64,000 nt of DNA, taken from NCBI RefSeq assembly GCF_947568905.1, contig NC_079165.1:3658001-3722000 (forward strand), read 5' to 3'. The notes under the pieces are model-generated. The model was not told the DNA's origin. It saw only the letters and a program-made list of their open reading frames with translations, and ran no database searches. This DNA comes from Ostrea edulis. Its lineage: Eukaryota. How positions within the stretch are numbered: the first letter of the stretch is position 1; every line of letters begins with the position of its first letter. Below, one piece after another: positions 10,573-22,100 of this stretch. The translations under genes were made by a program, and so were the position numbers.

Positions 10573-10978
10573 CTATTTGCAGCTACATGCCGCAGCACAT
10601 TTATACGTGTCAGGTCGGATACACCCTATTCCGTATGCACAGAAACCTGCTGAAAGGAGTATAAATATACTGTAAACACAGTTATGAAAATTAACGGAAT
10701 TTCATCTTTTCGGTAAGAAATTGAAAACAAATCGTTGTGTAAAAACTTACCACTGCATTTACAATCTTACATCCGGGACATTTACAGCCGGCTTCACATT
10801 TACACCCAGAAGCACAATTACACCCAGTGGAGGGACAGATGCCTGAACACTGACAATTTCCCGCTAGAAAGAAAAATGTATCACATTGTACATTCACTCT
10901 CACAATGGATAGCGATAACTGAATTAATCATTAAATTAATAATTTCTTACTTTTCTGGCAGTTGCATGGGTCAGACAT
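10573..10978 (-). CDS. MT: Metallothionein copy A, 3 exons; frameshift at the end of exon 2 leaves an alpha-domain-only product or a pseudogene
   Basis: Exon 1 10978-10951 MSDPCNCQK(T), GTAAG donor. Exon 2 10863-10751 GNCQCSGICPSTGCNCASGCKCEAGCKCPGCKIV..., GTAAGT donor. Exon 3 10646-10573 (G)FCAYGIGCIRPDTYKCAAACSCK* needs phase 1, but exon 2 ends in phase 0. Confidence 0.9.
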
Positions 10979-11676
10979 TTTTCTTAAAGTGGAATTCTGA
11001 AAGAATTTTTAAAATCAAATTTCAATAAAAATGATGTTAAGATTCAGTCACTAGAATTTTGTTAATTGTGGTATGGCAGCAATATATTTCACATTTAGTC
11101 TAGTATATTCTTCCACTATATGAACATAAAAATAATACATAGCGAAAGGTCAAAAGAGGTGGATATTAAAGAGGATTCGGATGCAGACGGGCTAATTACA
11201 CTGATCGGGAGCGATGGTTCGTCGACATTATCTGAGTGTAAATCCGACTCAATCACCCAAGAATTATGACACATCGTGATTTTTGCTATGCTCAAGAAAA
11301 TAACGTAAATGTACCCTGATAACATGTAGTAATGTCCTTTAAATCAGGAAGAGATTATTTGTTCATTTTACGGCATTTACACAAAAGATGATAAACGGAC
11401 ATTTCTCCTACATACAAAATTTGATTACATGTATCTCGATATAACTATGCATGTATTTACTCGTAATGACGAATATAACTCGTTGTGACTAGACACTTAC
11501 TTGGTACGAGTCACTATTTTGTTAAAACAAGTAAACTCTTATTTTTGAAACAAAATTACAATTCCTAATATGTTTTAATCTAGTTACGTTTCATATGAAT
11601 GATAGATTTACTTATAATATGACAATGTTGGACTGCCTCCCTTAGGCATTACCAGAGAAACAATCCTTAATAAAAT

Positions 11677-11865
11677 TTACAAGGGGGTCATTATTCTACG
11701 GGAGTCATTTTTCTAAACGTGAAATGGACTGATTTTTTGAAAAAGACATTTTTCTACGGGCAAAAGGGGTCATTATTCTACGTCGAATAATGACCGGGGG
11801 TCATTTTCGACGTCGAAAAATGACCCCCGGTCATTATTCTATGGGAGTCAAAATTTGCCTCTACA
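11677..11865. mobile_element. Interspersed repeat with GGGGTCATTATTCTACG subrepeats ending ACACCGG; truncates MT copy B
   Basis: Repeated GTCATTATTCTA/GTCATTTT motifs and an internal palindrome. The ACACCGG end is also seen in repeats ending at ~379 and ~18688. Confidence 0.55.
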
Positions 11866-12045
11866 CCGGCTACACATTTACACCCAAAAGCACAATTACA
11901 CCCAGTGCCTGAACACTGACAATTTCCCGCTAGAAAGAAAAGTGTATCTCATTGTACATTCAGTCTCACAATGGATAGCGATAACTGGATTAATCATTAA
12001 AATTAATGATTACTTACTTTTTTCACAGGTGCTTGAGGACAGAAC
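11866..12045 (-). pseudogene. MT: Metallothionein copy B: exon-1 remnant without ATG, intron 1, partial exon 2 with 12-bp deletion
   Basis: 11929-11866 matches exon 2 of copy A minus ATCTGTCCCTCC. Intron 11930-12017 is close to copy A intron 1. 12045-12018 reads ...STCEK(T) with a GTAAGT donor. Confidence 0.85.
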
Positions 12046-12501
12046 CCCCCCCCCCCCCCCCCCCCGATATAGACCCCCGGGCCTTTTCGACTTTTTTTTT
12101 ATTAAAACATATTTGTAATCTAACCTATACCATCGATCCGAAAAATTACCTAAAATAAACGTTTTATAAAAATTCGTAACCCACTCTATATATAAAAAAA
12201 ACTTCGTCTGTCAACTGAGAGGCACTACCAAGGAATTCTTTTTGAAATGCCCTATAAAACTCTACCTACCAGTAAAAACGGTGACATCACGCCGTAGCCC
12301 AGATATTTCCCTCACTAAAAATCTGTATGTCACTCTAATATAAATTCGTTCATTGGGTAAAATTATACGATTTTCACCGACAAGTTATCGGTTTTTAAAC
12401 TGATCAAAGCTTGGTCAACGGAAGTGGGGGCTTTATGTCACCTATCGCAAGAAGGATAACTCCGCTGGTAAACCGAGAAGTTCCGAGTGTCAATGGAAAC
12501 T

Positions 12502-12913
12502 CAATCTATCACCAGAGGGCGTATTACGCTACGCTACAACACCTCTGTCAACGTCTGAATGTCAAGATTCTTGGCAAAACTTACTTTTACCTATTGCATC
12601 ATATAAATAATAATTTTACAAGTTTAAGTTTTAAGCTTTAAATCTTAAAGTTGGTTCACAAAAACAACAAATTCCATGATTATTCTAGTATTATTGAATA
12701 ATGAATATTTATATAAACCTTTTAATTCGCTCAGGTGTCTCATATTTACCATCTACTGCTTTTAAAAAATTCAGACAAGTGTTTGATTTGCTTAGATATT
12801 ATCATTACAGTTTGATATGCTAAGTTAGTTTTAGTACATTTTGATATGCTTTTTAGACGTTGACAGAGGTATTAGTGGAGCGTAGCGGGAACGATAACTC
12901 TGGGTAGAGATTG
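12502..12913. mobile_element. MITE with ~55-bp imperfect TIRs (CAATCT...AGATTG) and 9-bp TSD
   Basis: TSD ATGGAAACT at 12493-12501 and 12914-12922. Confidence 0.8.
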
Positions 12914-12974
12914 ATGGAAACTATGTAAAGGTAAGAGAATTACGAAATGCACTTATTTTGGCGCATATTTACCT

Positions 12975-13053
12975 CTAAATCAGGAAGAGATTATTTATTC
13001 ATTTTACTGCATTTACACAAAAGATGATAAACGGACATTTCTCCTACATACAA
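12975..13053. repeat. ~80-bp direct duplicate of 11339-11417 (MT 5' flank shared by copies A and B)
   Basis: TAAATCAGGAAGAGATTATTT...GGACATTTCTCCTACATACAAA occurs at both positions. Confidence 0.88.
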
Positions 13054-13161
13054 ATAATAATAAAAGATTTGCTTTTATCACAGCACCCTTTTCACAGTGA
13101 AAATGTCAAATCAGGTTAAATAAACTGCAATATACATGTATAATGCTCAAAGGATGACTTT

Positions 13162-13198
13162 TGCGCACGATACTGAATAACTGTATATCTATGCACAC
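13162..13198. promoter_or_regulatory. Two possible metal-response elements (TGCRCNC)
   Basis: TGCGCAC at 13162-13168 and TGCACAC at 13192-13198, upstream of MT copy B. Short motifs can occur by chance. Confidence 0.3.
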
Positions 13199-13623
13199 GT
13201 TCTTCAAATATTCATTGTCATGTGCAAAATGTTTATATATAGCAGTATACAGTGCCGTATATAAATTGAATATAGTCAATTCAGTCTGAATAATCAAATG
13301 ACGTAAAGAAAATTGCTACCTAAATAAAATGAATGTTTCAAGCAATTAAATTGTTAATGACAGGTGCATCAGATAAGCAACAGTCTGATTACCTTCGTGC
13401 TTACTATACAGCGATAGGTATCGATTTTGATTGGGATAAGTATACTTTTTCAATGAAGCTTCTCCTTATTGTAATCCTCATCACGTAGTTTTGTATGAAG
13501 TCGTTCCCAGATTCAAAGAAATTTGACTCAGCCATAATTTGAATTCAACGTGCAAAGTCCGCTATGTTTCTAATTATTGATCTGCAAATCGTATGGTGTA
13601 TTTTTATTTTCGACAAATCCTGT

Positions 13624-13958
13624 GGGGATCCGGGTTAGAATAGGTCCTCAGTACCCCTTGCTTGTCGTAAGAGGTGACCAAATGGGGCGGTCCTTCGGAT
13701 GAGACCTCAAAAACCGAGGTCCCTTGTCACAGCAGGTGTGGCACGGTAAAGATCCGCGACAGACCTAAGTCGTTAAAACAGGTAGTGATAGTTCCATCGC
13801 CAAACGTTCGGCATCAGGTGTGAATGTCATGGGTCCTCGGAGATGCCTTAAAAACGTATCCCCCATGTCACAGTGGGTGTGGCACGCTAAAGAACCCTCA
13901 CTGCTCAATGGCCGTAAGCGACGAGCATAGGCTTAAATTTGAAGCCCTTCACCGGCAT

Positions 13959-13992
<34 letters not shown>

Positions 13993-14025
13993 TCGAGACG
14001 TTAAGCAATATTCAATCAATCAATA
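13624..14025 (+). mobile_element. Chimeric retroposon: RTE-like head fused to a Meta-domain-like SINE body and tail
   Basis: GGGGATCCGGGTTAGAATAGG...TCGTAAGAGGTGACCAA head to ~13755, then CGCGACAGACCTAAGTCGTTAAAACAGGTAGTG as in SINE 52994; (CAAT)n tail. Confidence 0.75.
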
Positions 14026-14054
14026 TTTCCGACAATTTTGAGCTCTTTATGGAA

Positions 14055-14217
14055 CTCAGGAAGAAAAAACAAACGATTTTCTCTCAATTATTTCATTTTT
14101 AAGTATATTTCATCTCTCGTACCAACCACATGAATCTCAGGAAGAAAAAACAAACGATTTTCTCTCAATTATTTCATTTTTAAGTATATTTCATCGCTCG
14201 TACCAACCACATGAATC
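14055..14217. repeat. 81-bp tandem duplication in MT copy C 3' flank
   Basis: CTCAGGAAGAAAAAACAAACG... starts at 14055 and 14136. Confidence 0.9.
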
Positions 14218-14402
14218 TTTACAACACATTAGAACTCTCTACTTGTAATATGTTTATTTCCTGAACAAAATCACGTAATGTAACTAAAACATGAAGATCA
14301 GGATATCAATGTTATGCGGGTATTGTTGTCTATATACAGATGAATATTGCCTTTTCATGCGACAATTAATTCACTATTTGCAGCTACAACCAGCACCACA
14401 TT

Positions 14403-14636
14403 CCGTCGGGATCCGGGTTAGAATAGGTCCACAGTGTCCCTTGTTTGTCGTGAGAGGCGACTAAATGGGACGGCCCTTCGGATGAGATCGCAGAAACCAG
14501 CAGTTGTGGCACGATAAAGATCCCACAATGCTCAAAGGCCGTAAACGCCGAGCAAATTTTGCAGCCCTTCATCGGCAATGGTGACGTCTCCATATCTGTG
14601 AAAAATTCTCGTGCGGGACGTGAAACAATATCCAAC
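14403..14636 (+). mobile_element. RTE-head short retroposon inserted antisense in MT exon 3
   Basis: GGGATCCGGGTTAGAATAGGTCC...TCGTGAGAGGCGACTAAATGGG...GGGACGTGAAACAATATCCAAC. Confidence 0.85.
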
Positions 14637-14660
14637 TTTTGCATGTGGCAGGTCCGGTAC

Positions 14661-15261
14661 TATTCTCTTTAGAGAAGTCGGTAGGCATAGCCTTCATCGA
14701 CTTCTCTTCGCAAGCATTCATGTTTTGATTCTGGAAAACGTGTAAATGCCGGAGTCGGTGACGGTTTATGCTTCGACCGACGTTTCGACTAAGATGTGTC
14801 TGGATTTACGCAATAGACAAGTTGTTTTCAAACATTTAACAGCAAAGCACAAAACCGTCACAAGGAAATCAAAACTTACTTGCTTTTAATCCATTTTCAA
14901 CCTGCCCCTGTCCCGGGTTTAAGTCACAACTCTGTTTACGTCAGCCTGCTTTTCTCTTAACTGGTCCCCTATTGTGACAGCTCCCAAGACCAGTTAACGT
15001 AAACCCGGGACAGGGGACATGTTGAAAATGGATTAAAAGCAAGTAAGTGTTGATTTCCTTGTGACAGTTTTGTGCATTATTGCTAAATGTTTGAAAACAA
15101 GTTGTCTATTGCGTAAATCCAGGCACATCTTAGTCGAAATGTCGGTCGAAGCATAAACCGTCACCGATTCCGGCATTTACGCGTTTTCCAGAATCAAAAC
15201 ATGAATGCTTGTGAAGAGAAGTCGATGAAGGCTATGCCTCTCGACTTCTCTAAAGAGAATA
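14661..15261. mobile_element. 601-bp foldback element, ~261-bp TIRs, 9-bp TSD, inserted in MT exon 3
   Basis: TIRs at 14661-14921 and 15000-15261; TSD GTCCGGTAC at 14652-14660 and 15262-15270. Confidence 0.93.
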
Positions 15262-18148
15262 GTCCGGTACATCCTATTCCGTGTGCGCAAGAATCGGTTG
15301 AAAGGAGTAAAGACATATTGTAAGCATAGTGATACAAGTTAATTGATTGTAAGTTCTGTAAAAGAGTGACCACTGGCATTTAAAGTCGGATTCACATGTA
15401 TATTCTGAACTAAGTGGAGGGACAGAGGTCTGAATACTGAAGAGTTACAGGGCGGATCCAGGAATTGTGATTACAGGGGGCGCCACTTTATGAGGCAGGG
15501 GGTCTGGGGACCGCCTTGAGGCCCTGGATATTATAGGTTTTATAGAGCTTGAAATATGTCTCCTATTTAGCCATTTGTAATATTTTCTATCATTTTTTAT
15601 AAGGTGAAATTAATAAAAATGACGCAAATTTTAAGAGGTTTTGGAAAAAATTAAGTTCTCCCAATAAAGTATTTCAAGAAATCAAAAGATTTTGTTATTT
15701 ATTTCTCCGGGAGTGGAAGAAATTATTGCTTCTTTTATCGTTTGGTACATTTTTCTAAACAAGATACCACGATTTACCTTAAATTTGAAAATTTAAAGGG
15801 GGGGGGGGGCGGCTGCGCCCCCCTTAAATCCGCCACTGGATATGATGTTATTGTGGTGATATGATATTGTCATGATATTGCTGTAGTGATGATAAGATAT
15901 TGTTGTGACATTACAGTCAGTAGTGATGATATAATATTGCTGTGACATTACAGTAGTGATGATATAATATTGCTGTGACATTACAGTAGTGATGATATAA
16001 TATTGCTGTGACATTACAGTAGTGATGATATAATATTGCTGTGACATTACAGTAGTGATGATATGATATTCAACAATAGCTAAGAATCATGCAAAATTGG
16101 AATAAGCGATTTATCCTGTCAGAAAAAAAAAAGAAAAAAAGAGATAGCCTATAAATGAAAATCTTTCTTACTTTACAGTACTACAGGTGTAGTTCATAAA
16201 AATTGTGATGATTTTTTTAATATATCATGTACTGCTTGCGAAAAGATAATTGACAAATTGCCAATTGCTTTCTGTAGCGCATAATATGTATTCTATTGGA
16301 AAGTACAGAGTTACCTGCCCATACAAAGCACGATACTTTGTGATACTTGAGCATCTAGAGAATATATATTTTCAAAAAATCATTCGTATTATTTTCATCA
16401 ATCATCCTCTTACATAAAACGTGGTTTCTGCATGGTTTTGTCATTCTTCGTAACTTGTTCATATTCTTCCGTGGATTTAAGAATACTAGTATTTTTCAAT
16501 ATTAGCACTTCCACAAAGATAGATATCTTGCGCGTTTTTCAGATGTTTTAGAAAATAGAACGAGTTTGTTTAATTCATATTGATTGAAAACTTGAAACCA
16601 CAATATGTTTCGGATTTGTCTCAACTTGTGTGACAACATGTATGATGACACGCGATTGCCTCTTTAGCGTCCTCGTTTGGACGTCAAACCTGCTGTTCTT
16701 GTCCTTCCAGTTAACAAGAATGAAGGTGAGCTCTATTACAACATTGTCTTTCTGTAAAATTGAGTAACAGTATATTGATAGCAATACCGATAAAATGTTT
16801 ACAAGAGTAGGTTGGGCGTATTATTTGTATTGATGTAATTGCATGGGGTACAAGGCATATTATATTATAGACCAAAAAAAAAAGATTTCTTATAAACTCT
16901 GTATCCCACCCCTTAGTGAATTTAAAAGGAAAATAATTTTTTGATTCTGAAAATGACGACAAAAAACCTAATTACGATGTTTCACACTCTAGAGAAAAAA
17001 AACCCGAAAAATATCAGTAGTCAGATTTGCCACATTGTATGTGTGAAATGTATTTCAGGATGCAAATCTAAACAATATATGTTCACTTTTCTGTGGGGGT
17101 AGGTAATTCGTGAATGATGATGTAAATGAAGAAAACATATTTATAAGATTTATCCACTAAAAGAATACACATCATTCTAGTACTATATGTTTATGTGTTG
17201 AAATACGTGAAATTCTTACAATGCTTTCTAGTAAAATATTATTGACGAAAATAATACATGTATAACATTTTATATATCTTTCTGTATATATAGTATATCT
17301 ATAGTATATAATATTCTGTCCTTTGTATAATAAAACAGTGCAATTTGTTTTATTGTGTCTAGGAAAAGGTAATATTACAAAACGTTGGACAAATAAACTT
17401 TTATTTCTTGAGCACTCTGAAACAGAATACCAAAAAAAAAAAAAATTAAATTATATCACTTTTACATCAATAAATGACTTCTTGGTTCAAACCCCCCAAA
17501 AATCGATGTTACAACATGATAATAATAATAAATAATAATAATAGCCTTTATTTATCCATGATGATACAAATTAGCATACAGTTAGTTTTCATTGTGGTCC
17601 TGCATTAAAACATATACAAAACAAAAAATTTGTAATTAAAATTAGTAACCAAATACATGAATACATAATAGAAAAAAATCACAGCACAAAACAAATATAA
17701 AATAGTATTCAAATATGAATTCATGATAGAAAGGAGAGAAAAAATCCAGCATAAGACATATATAAATATATGCCGGTGTCGTAGCATACAACCCCCCCCC
17801 CCCCCGCATAGACTTTTCCCCCGGAAAAACGGGCCCGGGATAGACATTCTCCCCGGAAAGATGGGCCTGGCATAGAATTTCCCCCTTGGGAGAATTAACC
17901 CGAGCCCAATTTTGCCCCTAGGAAAAGCCATCCCAGTATAGAATTTCCCCCTAAATGACAGTATGCCTCCCCCCTTCTTACATGTGAGTTATGTATCCGT
18001 TTCCTGTTCTATTACTAGAATTCCCTTGCTTATCTAGACCCAGGAATTTTTATTTTTTTTTATTTTTTAAATTTTGAGCAGGGTCTTGTGTATTTCAATC
18101 ATCATCTTATGTTTTTTTAAGGAAATTATTCAAATAGTGTAATGGTAT
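15119..18148 (-). repeat. Right arm of ~3-kb inverted duplication
   Basis: Reverse complement of 1-3005 with scattered substitutions, homopolymer length changes and one extra 33-bp repeat unit. Confidence 0.96.
15837..16075 (-). repeat. 33-bp minisatellite, right-arm copy with one more unit
   Basis: Reverse complement of 2091-2290; ORF 15793 has four VMSQQYYIITT-type units versus three in ORF 2113. Confidence 0.93.
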
Positions 18149-19159
18149 ATCAAAAATTCATCCAGACATCTTAAGTCTTTGCCGTTATTTACCAGTATCT
18201 AACATTTGAAATAGTGAAGTTGGGAAGAAGTTAATGGGGGTTTTTTTAATTTAGAATTTTGAATTTTATTAAACGGGAAAATTAAATTGCTTAAATCTAT
18301 ACAGTGCATCTATTTTACTTTTCAGATATTTTGTATATCTTTTAGTCGACTTTTTACGAAAAATCCTAATGATAACGACCATCGTTAAAGTCTTTTGAGA
18401 AGCTTATTGTATTTAGTATATGCAATTCAAAGTTTTCAGCGTGTAAACCCAACTTCAACGTCTAAAAAAAAATCGTTTATTTTATGAATATCGTAATCCG
18501 GAAACAGGAGGGGAAAAATTCTATACCAGGGAGGTTTTTTTCCGCCCAGGGGCAAACTCTATACTGACTTTCTACATAGGGGGAACTTATATGATGGGGC
18601 GCTTTTTCTCCCTATGGGAGGAAATCTCCCGGGCCCGTTTTTCCGGGGGAAAATCTATGCAGGGGAAAAGTCTATGTTACAACACCGGTACACACACAGT
18701 GTCACATCGCAACTACTTTCGAGAATTAGGCACATACCCTATCAATTAACTAACATAATGCCTTATAATACATGTATGTGTATAAGATATTGGATTTTAA
18801 TCCATATTCCTTTGATGAAATTTATATCGAAAATAATGAATAAGTTGGTCTATTTTGATTTCCCCAATATCACCCGATCAAATGTAGAATATCTTAGACA
18901 ATGAATCTTAACCCCATTAATAATGGTCATACTGTGTATATTAAAATACATGTATTTTTAGAAACTTCTCTCAGAATACATTATTTCCTGGAAAAAAAAT
19001 ACATTATCATACACATATTCTAAAGATTAATGTAAATGGTAAATAATTTGCTTAAAATAAATGAAACAAAATAATTACCCATGTTTTGTTTATGATCTAA
19101 AAAAAATTCTTCTAAAATTGTTCTATTATATACAGTGAACAGCCAAGGGCTTTGCCAAA

Positions 19160-22100
19160 ATGCAGGAGAAATGCATCATCTTTATTCTTGCTGTTCTGTC
19201 ATGTGTGGCCTTCTATCGATCTGATGGTTTGATCATTTCACCGCGATTGTACTCACCAGGTCGTACGGACTTCGCTTTGGACCACAGATTCTACAACTAC
19301 CTAGGTACAGAAATTTCATTTATTTTAAAGATAAGTTGTTTTTTTTAAAAAATCGAGTGTAAATACATTTGTTACCATGTCAACCAATAAGTCTTATAAC
19401 CGTATCTCTTGAATAGAAGTCCTTTGGGGATCCGGGTTAGAATTAGCTGCAGAAATGTAGCTCTCTGAAAAAATATTGGGACAGATCAGAGAGCTACAGA
19501 TCCATCCCTTATAAAAACCTTAGAGTTACGGCGCATAAAAACATGCGCACGGTTGGGGCCTTAAATCGCTATATTCTTGCATCTTCATTTCATGAATTTT
19601 ATATCAAAAAATTCCTAGTACATTTTTTCTACAATACTTGTGTACCGTTCTGCAGCTAGGTTAGAATAGGTCCTTAATACCCCCTTCTTGTCGTAAGAGG
19701 CGACTTAAGGACGGTCTTTCGGATAAGACCACAAAAACTGAGGTCCAGTGTCACAGCAGGTGTGGTTCAGTAAAGATCCCTCCCTGTTCAAAGACTGCAA
19801 GCGCCGAGCATAGTCCTAGATTTTGCAGCCTTTCACCGACAATGGTGATGACGTCTCCATATGAGTGAAATATTCTCGAGTGGGACGTTAAATAATATAC
19901 GATCAATCAAGCAATCTTGAATAGAATACTGTACTCCGTGTTGTTAAAAATATTGGTAAATATAATGTCAGCGAGATTCGTCAGTCCAAATATCCAGCCT
20001 CGACCAATCTCGCTGAGATTATGGTAAACACAGTCCAAATTTTCTTTCTGTTGCTTTGGAACTGCATGGCTTAATATTCCTTCAAACTCCGAGTCTTTCG
20101 GCCTTCAGATATATATGTACTAGCTTCAGGACGAGAATAAGAAATTCATATGTATACTATTTCACTTTCACGGATAGCATGAAAAGTAAATCAACATGAA
20201 ATATAAGACAGACATTTACTATAATTTATTATTTATGTTAATGACTTCATTTCATTATTTTTGTTTTATGCGAAATAAACATAGAGCAAGCTTTTATCTG
20301 AGAATTTTTTTGAGTGCGCCGTTCCCAAGGAAATTAACTCAACCTTTGAGAGTGTGTGGTTACACATGATACTATACCCATAATCAATCAACTGGGGTCT
20401 AGTTCCAACTGAATCATTCACCGAGTTGTGACAGAAGTAGATAAACGGAAATTATTTTGACATTGAAATTTTGTACAAGCAACAATCAAAATGCACTTAG
20501 ACATAAAAAGAAACAATCATATTTAGGCCCCTAAGATCTTTCCAATGTATGCGCAATGTACGATTTAAGGTAACTCCATACTCGCAGTTTTATCTGATAC
20601 AAGTTTGAAAAATGTATTTATTTCCATTCATTAGAGTTAAAACTAACAAATTATCAAATAAAATACATATGTCATCACACTTTTTAAGATACGAGACGTA
20701 CATAAACAGAATTATATATCACCGTCAGAAAATTGCAATTTTCCTTAAATAGACACTACAGCTCATTTTGCGGAAAAATCATGAAATGACAATTTTCCTA
20801 GCGCTTTCTCAATTCTTGTTGCATTGTTGAAAGTATGAACTTTGCGAAAATAACACTTATCTAAAGTTAAAAATTATCGTTTTAACGTAAAAATTAATAC
20901 TTTTTGATGGCCTATACAAAAAAAATATGGAGTCTCCTCCTTTCAGTCTTCAGACGCATGCGCATATACAGTAAACAGTGCAGCATGTCGTCCAGTGAGA
21001 GAAAGTGTAGTTGATAGATCTAGAATATTGACAGATTCTGTGAGAAAAGAGGTGAAAATAGAATGAGATAAAACTCATACGTGAAATAAAATTTACCTTG
21101 GTATCAGTTTGACCGTTGGAAAACAAAGAGCTCGGAGAAACCCATGTAACTCAGTGGCGGATCTAGGATTTCCGAAGGGGGTGTGAAAGTCAAAGATTAG
21201 CCACAGTAATCGGCCATTCTGGTGCAAAATTTGGATTTTCATTCACAATCTGTGGCGTAAAAAGGGAGGGGGGATCCTGCCCCCCCCTCCCCCCCCTAAA
21301 TCTGCCATTGAGACTAGCTGTGAAGACACTACTTTTAAAAGTAAGTGCTATTTTTATCTGAACACGACATGTGTTAGTTGTAAAAACATCGGTCAATGGG
21401 AACATGGAAGGATTTCTGTTGAAATAATGATTTATTTATAATTACTTATTTTAAGGAGCAGGGAATACTCTTATACTTGAAAGGTGAATGTGGACCCCCT
21501 TGAAGGGAATTTAAATAATTTCCTACACAACACCTTTGCTGTCATTCAAAACCATGTGATGTAAATAAGCATTCAAAAGTCCGAGTCAGAATGAAGAAAC
21601 CTTTGAATTCCGAACGATCTTCAAAGCGCAGTTGAGGGTAAATTGATGCATCCCAATTGTTCAAAATTGTTAGTATCGATATGAATTTTATCATTTTATC
21701 AATACATGTTTTAAAAAACACTTTATTAAAATGTGGAAAATGAGCTGTAGTGTCTCTTTAAACAGCATTATCAAAATTTCATAAAAACTGGTTATGACGA
21801 TATAGTAGCATTCATAACAATTTCATGAAACTGTATCTTCACAAAAATATACAAAATGTCTGTAAAAATAAAGGAAATCTATCGCATAATAGATATGATA
21901 AAGAAATCAATAGAAACAGGGTTATTGCCCTTGGATTCAATATTTTAAAACGTATCATTGATTATTCATCTTTAACTTAGACTTTTAAAATAGTTTATTT
22001 TTAACAAGATTTTTTACAATAACTATCGGAAAAGACTCCAACAAAATTTATGTTCCTATCACACATAAATGTAAATAAAGCATTGATTTTGCAAAATCTG

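Larger units (their letters stand above)
14374..15450 (-). pseudogene. MT: Metallothionein copy C, disrupted by a SINE, a foldback element and a MITE
   Basis: Exon 3 reassembles as DSCAHGIGCTG (15294-15262) + PATCK (14660-14637) + CGAGCSCK* (14401-14374). Acceptor mutated to CG. Degenerate exon 2 at ~15450-15372. The 3' flank (14050-14373) is homologous to the copy A flank (10320-10572). Confidence 0.88.

Noticed and set aside
11140-11300. Coding-looking stretch upstream of MT copy A (SKEVDIKEDSDADGLITLIGSDGSS...)
   Set aside because: In-frame stop, no splice context, no recognisable family.
13624-13700. HDV-like ribozyme in the RTE-like head (GTCGTAAGAGGCGACTAA)
   Set aside because: P4-like hairpin and CUAA are present in the family, but I could not find P1/P2 pairings in the required nested order. 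A descriptor search would be needed.
1-18148. Polinton/Maverick or other autonomous giant transposon defined by the 3-kb inverted arms
   Set aside because: No polB, integrase, capsid or transposase ORF in the spacer. The arms consist of host MT fragments and small TEs.
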